64,000 nt of DNA from Octopus bimaculoides (lineage: Eukaryota), in contig NC_068983.1 of NCBI RefSeq assembly GCF_001194135.2, forward strand, positions 149,598,407-149,662,406, written 5' to 3'. Position 1 is the stretch's first letter. Every line of letters begins with the position of its first letter. Positions 1 through 12,500 of the stretch are shown here, one piece after another. The position numbers were made by a program, and so were the translations under genes. The notes beneath the pieces were generated by a model. The model did not search any database and was not told where the DNA came from. It worked only from the letters and a program-made list of their open reading frames with translations.

Positions 1-58
1 CGTCCAACCCATGCTAGCATGGAAAGCGGACGTTAAACGATGATGATGATGATGATGT
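1..58 (+). mobile_element. Short RTE 3' tail; similar stubs at about 410-675, 975-1060, 10226-10292, 35930-36185, 53410-53598 and 60500-60720 (+), and 44300-44480, 49918-50100 and 62170-62390 (-)
   Basis: GTCCAACCCATGCTAGCATGGAAAGCGGACGTTAAAC(GAT)n or decayed versions of it. Confidence 0.85.
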
Positions 59-59
59 T

Positions 60-405
60 TTTCTAAAATTGCTGTTTCTTTTCAGATATCAACAGAAAAA
101 AGTAATTAAAATTTATTAAAATGACAGATCTATTGGACTTTCAAAGAGGTCAAATTGTTGGTGCTCATATGGCAGATGCTAGCGTAACGAAAACAGCTGG
201 AATGTTTGGTGTATCAAGAAGTACTGTCTCGAAAGTAATGACAGCCTTTGAGAAAGAGGGAAAAACCTCCTCATCAAAACAAAACTCTGGAAAAAAACCA
301 AAACTTTCAGATAGGGACCTTCAGACTCTTATGCGAATTGTTAGAAAGGATCACAAAAGTACAGCTCCCAAAATGACTACCTTGAGAACCCAATTTCCAC
401 AAAAA
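60..405 (+). mobile_element. Tc1-family transposase N-terminal fragment (paired-like HTH), truncated
   Basis: ORF 121..441 reads LLDFQRGQIVGAHMADASVTKTAGMFGVSRSTVSKVM...GKKPKLSDRD, a typical Tc1 DNA-binding domain. There is no catalytic domain, and RTE tails flank it. Confidence 0.85.
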
Positions 406-756
406 CTGTTCACTGTAAAAAGCATCCAGTCCACCCTGTAAAGTGTTTGGCATTTGGAAGTGCATCCAGCTGTAAAAATCAAGCTAAAACTAACTTTGTC
501 TGTACTAGTGCCATGTAAAAAGCACTCAGTCTACACTGCAGAGTGGTTAGTGTTAGAGAAGGCATCCAGCTGCCAAAACAGACATAGTAGCAGAGGGTAG
601 TTTTTCTACCTGGCCAGCTCCTGTGAACTGTCCTACCCATGCATGCATGGAAAATGGACGTTAAATGACGATGATGATATATATATATATATATATATAT
701 AAATAATATATGAGTATATGCATATATATGTACATATATGTACGTACCTTCATATA

Positions 757-815
757 CATGCATACATACATACATACATACATACATACATACATACATA
801 CATACATACATACAT

Positions 816-846
<31 letters not shown>
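757..846. repeat. (TACA)n/(CA)n microsatellite
   Basis: Direct reading. Confidence 0.97.
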
Positions 847-1239
847 GACATTATGATGATACATTATGTGGACAATATTTTCAACTGAGACATTACAACT
901 ATATCTGATACTTCAAGTACTTCAATTGTGTGTATATACTCATATTTACATTATTGCAAGGGTGCAGCCTTCCAATGTGCCAGCCCAGTCAAACCGTCCA
1001 ACCCATGCCAGCATGAACAATGGACGTTAAATGATGATGATGATGATGATGATGATGATGGTTTCTCTCATTGTTTTGATATGCCATTTTCTGTCATTAA
1101 TAAAACTGTCGGGTCTGCTAGTAATATTAATGTTCCAAAAAATTAAAACTCTCTTGTGTACTTAGTTTAGGAATGAATTTCACTGAATGATACAGAAAAA
1201 AGAAATGATAAAAAGAGAGAAATATATATATATATATAC

Positions 1240-1990
1240 CTGCTGGACTTTCAAGAAAGGGTAGTTCTTGTGTATGAATACCTGTCTCATTCTTCTTCAA
1301 GTAATGTTCGAACTGATTCTGCACAGAATCCAATAAAGACACAGCAGCACTGAGGCGATTGAAACAATATTCAAACAAGGCAAAACACTCCAGAAACTCT
1401 GTATGAAAGTAACAGATGCTGGTCAATTTGTCGTGGGTGGACTGCTGGAATTGACCCCAAAGTCGTTCAGAGATCTCATCAAATTTCTTCCGGGTTTTCA
1501 GAACCATAGTTGGTGAAATTGTATTTAAAATATAGTTTTTTACATTTAGCTTGGTACCTTCTGCTAAATGAATGAGGGCCCACCGAGATTTGTCTAAATC
1601 TTGAGAAGAACACTCTTTGCTGGAACATGGTGGCAGTGAATCAGTTTTCAGATCAAGAAGAATATCTATGTATGTGTGGTATAAGGCACAGATGCCAGCT
1701 CCTTCCCAAGGATCTTTGATCTGAAGCAGATCGGTTCCTTGCATAACCAAAACTGTCTCTATAACATTAAATGCTTCTTCTTTCCGGCCCAATTCCCATT
1801 CAAGCCGGGCAAATGCATTCCAAAGAATTAAATTATTCCTGTTATGGTTCTCTTTTAGTAAAGATTTGGCAAACTTGTGAATGTCTTTTGAAGATGTTTT
1901 ATCAGTACCAGATGGTGATTTCCGTAATAAAGACAAATGGTGTTCTAACCATAACAAAGTGATAGCAGTTTGGTTCTCACCTGAAAATAC
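1240..1990 (-). CDS. NRDE2: NRDE2 coding exon 8
   Basis: Acceptor ttttaatAG at 1991 gives VFSGENQ (human LFSGKEK); HAT/TPR-like helical region; donor GTATAT, phase 1. Confidence 0.93.
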
Positions 1991-4900
1991 CTATTAAAAT
2001 AGAAGAGAAATTATCAGACTTCATAAGAAGATACAATGCAAGACATAAATGTTTAGAAAGCTGCAGTATTACAAATCCATCCAACCTATGCAATTATAAA
2101 AAAATGGCTGTCCTGATGATAATTTCAACATGAAGTTAATAGGTTATTTGTAAATTGTGTCTGGAGGGAGGTAAGGTTTTATAATTAGGCACAGGCAACA
2201 CTGTGTAGTTAAGAAGAATCCCATCACAGATGTGTGCCTCTCTCTCTCTTTCTCTGCCTGCCTTACCTTATCTTGGCATAGAGCAATAGTTGCAAATGAG
2301 CATCAGACAGGTAGTGCCCTTAGCTTCAAACCTCTTGTGAAAACATGTCCACAATGTGAAAATATTACCTTATTTGGAAACGGGTGAGGATTGGTAACAG
2401 GAAAGGCATTTGCTTCAGAAAAGTGTGTCTGGCTGATGCAAGCATGGAAAGCAGATGCAATTGTTACATCACAATAGGAACACTGGGTCACATAGAAAAG
2501 ATAATGCAATTATGTGGATAAAAACTAAACCATATCTTCAATACTGAATTTAGTGTTCAATTAGCTACTCAAATGCCTCACAACATTGCTCTATCTATTT
2601 GGGTTATCACAGCATTTAAATATTAAGTCAACTGTAACATTATGCAAAAGGAGAAGAAAACAAATGAAGTTACTAGATCAGAATTAAACACTGGTCTTTT
2701 ACTCTGCTGAGGTTTAGAAAAAGATTAAGAAAAAGATTAATTAACATTTTGATAAATGATAATTTATTTTGATAAACGATAATTTGAAAATCAAACCTAC
2801 CTTAACAGCTTGCTGGAAAATATTATCAACGAATTTTTGGAAAAGTTCATGCCTAGCTTTATTCCCACTTAAAAGTTCAAATGTTAAACCGGTCTCTAGA
2901 ACAGCAGCTTGTGGAACGTCAATGAGTGTGAGTGGGGAGATAAACCACTTTTGAAGGAATGTGAGGAGCAGAAAATGCTGTTCATTTCTGTAGACCCCAA
3001 GTAGATAGAGGGAATGAATTAGTAGCATCAGTTTTAATCTGTCATCATCAAATTGAATCAACACTGGAGCTATATCATCAAACAGCACCAAGCGATCAAG
3101 GTCCTCACAGTCTTCTAGTGTCTCATCAGCACTGGTGTCAGGTCGCCATGGCAGCCAGTGTACAGATTCTCTAAGTTGTTCAATATTCAGCCACGTCTGC
3201 CATTGGGGTTTGTTTTGTGAAATTATGTCCTCTTCAATGTCATCAATTGACACTTTAATAGAATCAAAAATACACAAAAGATATCAACGAATAAATAGTA
3301 GACAGCAACTAACAACATATAAAAACTGAATATTTAAAAAAAAAAACACATGATCAATAAACAGGAAAGCTTACAATTGCTGAGATGATATAATGATAGC
3401 TTCTTCTGGTGTAGCAATGTGAACTAGGCAAAGCATTGTGTTACTACACCCTATTAACCTGACAAAAGAGCAGATAAGAGTGCTGGCAGAGAATGGAGTT
3501 TGTGGTGGAGTACAAAACTAACCAATGCTTTAATGGTAATGAGATCAAATCTTACACAAGGAAGTTGATGCCCACGGAAATCAGCAACAGAAAGTATAAT
3601 GTATATAGTTAAGTTCTTGACTGTTTGTATAAGATCCAATGATTAGTAAAGCATTTCAAGTCATGTTTATAACCTGATACAACGTTATGACTTCTTAAAA
3701 GATACTTTTTCTTTTGTTCTTTATTATCAAGTAATTTAATTATTTTCCAATTTACCAGTTTTATATCTATTTTACATCCATTAAACTTCTCACAATATCA
3801 ATTCAAAAACCAGTTTATCAATGTGTGTGTGTACAAAGACACACACACACACACACACACAAATGTTCAAGTAGCATACATAAAAGATAAACCAAAATAT
3901 ATATAACAACCTGAGCGATAAGAAGTATCCTTTGTACAAGATTTTGTTTCAACCCATGACTTCCAGCCTTCAGCACCTGGTTCACCAAATCGAGCAACAC
4001 CACTGTCCCAGAAGCTCTCAAAAACAGCAATACGATCTTCAGTACTGCTCTTTTCTATTGAAGTTGGACAAAATAGGTTAAATTCAAGCATAGCCTGTAA
4101 TGATGCAACCATCTTTTCAGTAAAACCAGTCTGCAGCATGAAACAGCAATACTGGACAAATATGTCTGAAAATACAAGATAAGAAAAACATTAAAATGGC
4201 AAGAATATAAAGTGTCATCATAAAATATTTTTTGTTTTTACTCCTTGGTCAAGAAAGGGAGGGCTGCATCCCTGATTCTTTAATTCCTTGGGGCCTCTGA
4301 GGCTGGTGGGAGGGAGGAGGAAGTTATCTTCGAATTGTAAAGTTGACCTAAACACTTGTGATGAAGTAAACTCTACTAAAGACACTCAAGGATTACAGGG
4401 TGGTGTTAAACTAGGCAAAAAATTGTCTACCACCCAAGAACTCAGATGCAAAGAGCTAGAACAAATAACTGCAACACCTCTCAACTAATGTTTTAATAAT
4501 TCCTTTAACTTACTGTCTTAGAGTCTTAGACTGCTACTTTATTTCATCAACCATGAAAGAATGAAAAACAAAAAGTGACAATGTCAGGATTTGAACTTAG
4601 AGTGCAGAGAGCCAGAATGAATAGTGTAACTGTGCCAATTCATCGCCTAATTTAGATAATTAATGAGACTTAATCACTTAATCTTGTATAAAATTATATC
4701 TGTCCCAATTTACCTCAGTGATGACAGAAAAAAAAAAAAAAAGAAAGAGGAAAAGGCTTAGGGTTCTCAGGTGAATGGAGGCCTAAAAATATTTAGATAA
4801 ATTTGTATTCTATCTTATAGCTACAAATGGGCATTTTCAGAACGAAAATTGAATTGATTGCATTGCCTGAAGTAACTTTTTTGTTTTAAAGAAGCAAAGA

Positions 4901-6426
4901 TCTTATAAGCCTAGCCTATGTTTTGAACAATTGTATTTCTTTAGTTTATATTTACCAAACCATCAAGATTATGAAGGTAAGAAAAATGATAAGTTAATCA
5001 GGGACAGTTACTGGGATGTTGAAAGCATCAGGTTATATAGGTAGAATAATGCTTGTTACTTGCCTGGTTGTTGTTATTGTAACTCTAACCCCCAGGTTAA
5101 CCATAAATGAGCAAACCTATGAAGAAAACTATTCTAGCCCAGAGCATGCAGTCTTTGTTTATGGCATAGTGTATTCAAGACTATATCATGCTGGATATAA
5201 CATATCCCCTCTTCTGAGAAAGTAGAGTGTAAGTTGAAAGAAATTTCACTGGTATTTCTAGCAGATTGAGCAAGCATGCAGGGGTTCCCGCTTTAGTTGA
5301 TTACTTGCCTGGTAGTGCAAGATGTTATTAATATAAATTGCTACAGAGCCAAAAATTATGTAATGGAGAAGAACATCTATTACTGGATCAAGTTTTGAAA
5401 GTAGTCTTATCCAAGGTAATTTTAATTTGCTTAGAGCAAAAACCAAGTCATTCTATTTTGCATTCATCAATCCCAAAAAGGCCCTTGATAAGGTTCCACA
5501 CTCTGTTGTCTGGTAAACAATAAAAACACCATGTGAAGAGAGTTTGTGAAAGCAGTAGAAGCCACGTAAAAGGGTACAGTATGCAAATTTAAGACTGACA
5601 GTGACTACAGTTAAGAATTATACAGATGTCTTCAGCCTAAAATATTCATTACAGCTCTTAGGTCATTAATGTAGGAGTTCAGGTTAAGATGTCTTTGTGA
5701 AATTTTTATGAACTAACAATCTGAAACATGTAGAATAACTTGCAAAGGACCTGCAGAGATGTTCTAAACCTGAAACAACGGTCCAGAGTCCAACAACTTA
5801 AAAATCAAACTGATAGTTGATGAGAGTACAATGTGTCAATAGGTTTGGGAACTGATCATATTCAATATATAAGAAAGGAGTGGGTAAAAATTTAATTTAA
5901 TACTTTGTACTGTTAAGCAATGTCAATACAAATAGGTGTCATAGAAAATAGAATTCATGGGTGTACACAACAGAGGTACATTGTAACCAACAACTCCCTC
6001 ATTAATCTGGTCAAGTAAAGAGTCGATGGATGTTACCAAATGGTATTTTGAATGGGTACAACAGAGATAAGATAATAGCAAACCAAATAACATGACTTGG
6101 TTTTATTTTTAACTTGTGCTGAAAAATCTCTTCTGACTTGAGATTTCACCCACTCCACTCATAGTACAGAAGGAAACAGTACACAAAACTAATAGTAATT
6201 TTCAGCCTAAGGGTCAAAGTATAATTCTGAAAGAGTCATGAAGACAAAATCTTTTACTTTTTTAATATTTGATAAAATGTTTATGAATATATACTACAAT
6301 AAACCACAGATATAAAGGCTACAATATAATATTTATTGTAAACAAAAAAGCCCCCACAAAACCACCAGATGTTAATTTGTGTACCATTGCATTTTTTTTT
6401 CATCCATCTACTCATTAAAAAAAAGG

Positions 6427-6516
<90 letters not shown>

Positions 6517-9500
6517 TTTTCAGTTAGTAATAAAATCAAATGTAAAGAAAAAAATTACTGGGTTGGAGAACAAAAAACATGAAGTAACATTGCTCAGTTT
6601 AATTATATTTGATTAAGCTGCAGAAAAATGGAAGCTAAAAACTGATATAAACATATAAACAGTAACCCTAAAATTCAAATACACTTACCCAATAAATTTT
6701 TGTTCAGAGTGTTTTTTAACATTTGTGGGCAGCTTTCAGAATTTTGGGCTTCTAGTAAACATTTGAAACACTTATGGTAGAGTTTGGTAACTTTGAGCAC
6801 ACTGAATGTAGTTAAGTTGCACTGGCGCTGAAGCAGATAATTCTTCCACAGACTGCAATCAGTGCTGTGTTTAGAGAGGAGTTTTTCCCAACTATCCTGA
6901 ACTTTGTTTGGTTCCCATAGATCGTGGCACAGTTTTAAACGAGCAACCTTTAGATCAACTGAATGAGGGTTAAATTCAATAGCTTTATCTAGAATAGCCA
7001 CTTTCTTTTCAAGGACACCACGAAATGAAAGAAGCTGGACGCTATCATCAAACATCATTTTGCTGTGCTTCTCTAGAAAAGTTTCTTGGAATGACACAAA
7101 CTCCAACCACAGAGATACATTATGTGACTCTGAATGTAGTCGTTTATTATAGTAAGCAACCTTCTCCAGCACAGGGCTACTAGTTGCTATACTAATATTG
7201 TTTTCAACATCAGTGTTGGTGTCACTCACCTGTTGATTCAAAGCTACGTCAAGATGACCAGGGTTGTCGTGCCCAGAATTAACATCATCATCTGTCAACA
7301 AGATGACATTTTTATGAAGGAGATCAGAAGTTTGTTTCACATTTTGACACCGCTGGGTTTTCTGTGAAGGACTAATCATTTGCTTCAAACTGTCAGCATC
7401 AAAGTAACGTTTAGTTACTAATTTTTTGATTTCACTTGAAGATGGTGTAGTTCGGTTACTTAATAAACATCGAGCATTGTTATCTGTCAGTCCGAGACAA
7501 AATTTGCAACACTGAAAATATTTAGCAACATGTAATTTGTAAAGAGAACCATAAGTCCAGATGTTAGTATCAGCTTTGCAGTCAATCCTGAAGATGTTTT
7601 CAAGAGACGGTTTGACATTATCTCCAAGGAAAATTTGACCAGGAACACCTTTATAGAGTTCAGCAAGATTTCTAGAAAGAAAGAAAAAAACCCTTTTAAT
7701 TGTAATAAATGCTTTGGATCAAGCAAAAAAAGTAGAATAAAGAGGTAGTTTTTCTGATGTGACAAAAATAAGAGTTGTCAGTTAATAACAAGCAACGCTA
7801 TATTGTATTTATCAATGTAGACAAGGAATTAGAGTTGCACAATTCATAGCCTGTCGAGCGATGAGAAAATTACATATGAATGGTTCAGGTCATATATGAG
7901 GGTTTTAAAAGCAGTAACAGAATCAGCATTAAAGCCAGTGAAGAATTTAGTGTATAGGTATAGTTCTATTTAAAACAATTTTTAAGACATACAGAAGATG
8001 AACTTTTTTTTGACATTGAAATTTTGGTTCTCAAAGTGGGATGTATAGAAATGCAGAAAATATTTTAAGAAGCTTGAAGTTTAACAGCAAACATTTGCAA
8101 TTATATTTCATTTTTGGATTTGGTTTGCAAGATTCTTTATGTGAGTTCGTGTGTTGAAGCATACTCTGTTGTGTTTGGGGAGAGCAATTTTCTTTTTGTG
8201 CCTTATAATTTAACACACCCACCGGTAAAATTTCCACTTATTTCTTATTTTTATTTTCCTCAAATTTTCATTGCATCTTACAACCTTTTCAATGGTTGCA
8301 AGAAGCAACGAAAATTTTAGGAAAATAAAAATAAGAAATAAGTGGAGTTGTAGTGCATCTGAACACTGTATACAATAAAGTTGTTATTATTACTATCAGC
8401 CATCATCAGCAAATTTTATGTCAGATATCCATGTCTATATAACTGTTACTATAGTAACTGTATAATAGATAAACATCGTGAACCAGAACATCCATTGCCT
8501 GTTGAATAAGGAGAAGGTAACACAGTAACTACCTACTTATTCATACTGCTGATAAGAAACATGCACTAACAATTTGTGTTAGTTAATATTTTCACATGGA
8601 TAAATAATTCATACTTACTTTCCATATTTATCAGCTTTTCCATACTTTAATTTTTTATACTTTTTAGAATGCTTGTGTTTCTTGGATTTATGTTTTCTCT
8701 TAAGTGAGTGACTATTTTCTGTATTCCGATGACTTGAGTTTTTCTTAGAATCACCATCTTCAAATAAAAAAGATCAAATTGTTTTATTTAATTTGCCACT
8801 GTTCATTTATTCAACAAACATAAAATACCACTGATTTAAAACAGGACTAAAAAGGTATAATTGGATAGGATCATTTACACATATTTTTATAGGTATAAAA
8901 TGATGGCTTACAATGAATTAAGGATTAAGCTATTTAAGAAGAGAGTACTAATGAAATGGGAAAAAATGCTTTCAAAAACATCTTAGATAAATCACATTCT
9001 ACTTATATCATTTCAGTGAATCCACTCAGCTGGCAAAAATGAGTAGTACCTGTATTTCAAAGGGCCAGCCTCATCATACTCTGTGTCACGCTGAATCTCC
9101 CTGAGAACTACATTAAGAGTACACAAGTCTGTGGAGTGCTCAGCCACTTGCATGTTAATTTCATGAGCAGGCTGTTCTGTTAATTGGATCAACTGGAACC
9201 ATTGTTGTCATAACCGACAGAGTGCCAGTAATCTAAAATGATTGGTGGTCAGGTAACTTCTCTATGAACTAAATACTTCACTTCTCTATTTATGAATCAA
9301 ATATCTCATGCCAGGACTGTTTCTAGATCCCACAAAAGATGCAGATTTTCTGAGGGATTTTGGCTTCACTGAAGACACACATTTTACTTTCAGTCACCAA
9401 GAACAACCTTGAAACACACACCCACCAACCTCAAAACACACACAACTCTTCCTGTTACCAACCCTCATATATTTTTCAAGTAAGGGATATCTTTATTCCA

Positions 9501-12500
9501 CAGGTCTTCAAAAGAGCAGAAGATTCAGCCATTATGTCAACATGAATGCCTCACTTAAGCAGTAACAAACATGAATTATATAACACTGATGCATATTCAT
9601 GCATGTACACTGACAAAACTCTGCAAAGCTAGTTATGGATTAAATAAATATATTTATCAAGTTTCATGCAGTTTCTGTCCACCAAATTCTTTGATATGGC
9701 ATCGGTTGGTGAAGAACTATTGTAGAAGATATCCAAGATGCCTAATAATTGAATTGAACCCAAAACCATGCGGCTGTAACACAAACTTCTTAGCCATAGA
9801 GCAATACCTGTTCCTGATCATCATTATCATCCATCTTTCATACTGGCATGGGTTGGACAGTTTGACAGGCGACTGCATTAGGCTCTAATGTCCACTTTGG
9901 CATTGTTTCTATAGCTGGAGATATGTATGTATATATTATCCTTAATCTGGGTTGTCCATTTTCGAATGTTCTTCCTACAGGTAAGACAAATTTTTTATGT
10001 TTGTTGCACACACGCATTTTTGCCAGTATATACTCAGTGAAGCTATACAATAGCGTCGTATTTATATCGATTGCTATTTTCCAGTAAATATCGGTGCCTT
10101 GTTATACCACTCTTCTGAATTTATATATATATATATATATATATATANNNNNNNNNNNNNNNNNNNNNNNNNNNNNNNNNNNNNNNNNNNNNNNNNNNNN
10201 NNNNNNNNNNNNNNNNNNNNNNNNNATATATCAGGTCGTTGCCAGTACCGTGTGACTGGCCCTCGTGCCGGTGGCACGTAAATGCACCCACTACAACAAA
10301 CAAGATGAGGACAAATATCCGTCGAATGTAAATAATGTAAGTTAAATTGTGTTAGATATTATACCTTTGTTTTGGTCTTCATCTCCTAAGACTTGTTCAA
10401 TTTTAATTTTGCTGTCCTCTGTGCTGCTTATGGTATCTTTAGCATCCTTTTCTTCAGTTTTCTCTCCTTTATCATCTTCATCATCATTGTAGTCTTCATC
10501 GTCATCAGTAGAGCTGAAACCACTGCTGGTGGACCAAATGTAACAAATAAGCAAAGCATAAAAATACACACAGCAATATGAGTTAAAAATAACTGATAGC
10601 TAACAGCTTTCCATCTTTCTTATTGAGGTGCTGCTGGGGTCTCTAAATTACAATCTTAAACACAATGTTGTGACACAACAGTGGCCCAATTGATTTACTT
10701 CATTTTGAAAATCACAATGTTCTATTAATTCATCATACCTACTCAAAAGTTGTACTGAGAGATTCTACTATATGCTCAGATCACAAGAAAATATAAAATG
10801 AGTACTGGTGAGCTAATGAAATACTCAGCAGTTTTACAATGATGTCACTACATTATGTAGTAGATTATTCTCTTGTGTGGTATCTTACTCACACCTCAGT
10901 ACACTTGGCCATTGAATTACTGTATTTGGCCCCCATGAATCATAGTTAACAATGCCATGTAACTAGCACCTGTGAATTGTAGTTGTGGTCGTTGATGGTA
11001 CCATGTAAATGGCGCTTGTGAAGCATAGTCGTAGTTGTTGCCGGTACCATATAAAGGTCACCTGTGAATTGTCATGGTCATTGCCAGTGCCATGTAAGTG
11101 ACACCTGTGAATTGTAGTCATGGTCACTGCCAGTGCCATTTAAGTGGCACCCATAAATCGTAGTCATGGTCATTGCCAGTTTCATATAAATGACACCTAT
11201 GCTGGTGGCACATAAAAGCACCCATTCCACTCCTGGAGTGGTTAGCCTCGGGAAGGGCATCTAGCCATAGAAACCATGCCAAATCAGACTGGAGCCTGGT
11301 GCAGCTCTCCGGCTTATCAGCTCCAGTCAAACAATCTAACCCACACCAGCATGCAGACTGGACATTAAATGATGATGATGATAATCCCTACAGTTACATT
11401 AATTTTTCTGTTAATATCATTTCCCTTCATTAAAGCACAATCAACAAGATTAATGCTTAACTCTGGTTCTCTGTAACATAATTTTTATAATACCAACCCA
11501 CCTGAAAACCAGCCTTGGTTCCATGTCATTAAACTGCCCATTTTAAGGTTTTCATATTTAAATTAAAATCTTCCATCAAAACTTTTTGTTATGTTCCAAA
11601 ACAACAGCTCACAATGAAAAAGCAAGTTATTTTATTAAATTTCTCCAAATTGTGAATTATTTTCAAAATAAATAATAATCAGAGTCAATGTATTTCATTA
11701 AAAAGTGCTGAATCCAGTCTTAGCTAGGTTAACTGTCTATTGCAAGTACTTTTCCTATGGGCAGAATTTAATTCATCACCATAAGTCAATTTGACAATTT
11801 TGCCATGACTTATCACTTAATGGAATCTACTAGCTGCAGTAGATTTGGGGTTAAGAAATTTTCTTCACAACCAAGTGATTCTGAGTTCAGTCCCACTATT
11901 CAAGTGCCTTGGATTGACAAATATTTCAAGTGGAAAGTATTGCTTTCTACTTTAGCGGATAGATGTGTGAGTGTGTGTGCATATTTTTACTAATGTTTAT
12001 GGCAATGGATGAAAATGTCAGTGAAAAAATTTAAAGACTTCTGATTTTGAATAGAAAAAGCTTGTGTAATATTTGTTCTACCCAAATTGCAAAAAACAAT
12101 TACTTGACATTCTTGCCATCAGAGTAAATGCAACTAACTAATGATTGCTCTGTTGGAAAGCTCTAACCAACAACACTATTACTTACCATATACAATATAC
12201 AAATAAATAAGAGATAACTGAGTCATTGAGAAATAAGTATCTTAGCTATGAATGTATTATAATGCTATTGATATGATACAAACCATCAATCACTTGGCTG
12301 ACTGCTCAGTACCCTTTTAATTTGGCTATCTGTGTCTAAAAAAATGTTTCAAGAATCTGTACGAGTGGCTGTGTGGTAAGTAGCTTGCTTACCAACCACA
12401 TGGTTCCGGGTTCAGTCCCACTGCGTAGTACCTTGCGCAAGTGTCTTCTACTATAGCCTCGGGCCGACCAAAGCCTTGTGAGTGGATTTGGTAGACGGAA

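Noticed and set aside
479-864. ORFs such as MCVYVCMY..., HTHTHT and IYIYI throughout the track
   Set aside because: Microsatellite translations.
5050-5320. TTACTTGCCTGG twice, resembling the U1 snRNA 5' end
   Set aside because: The similarity stops after about 12 nt, with no U1 stem-loops or Sm site.
10950-11200. Repeat-spacer array resembling a CRISPR array
   Set aside because: Eukaryotic context; the units are contiguous degenerate tandem repeats without unique spacers and are part of an RTE tail.
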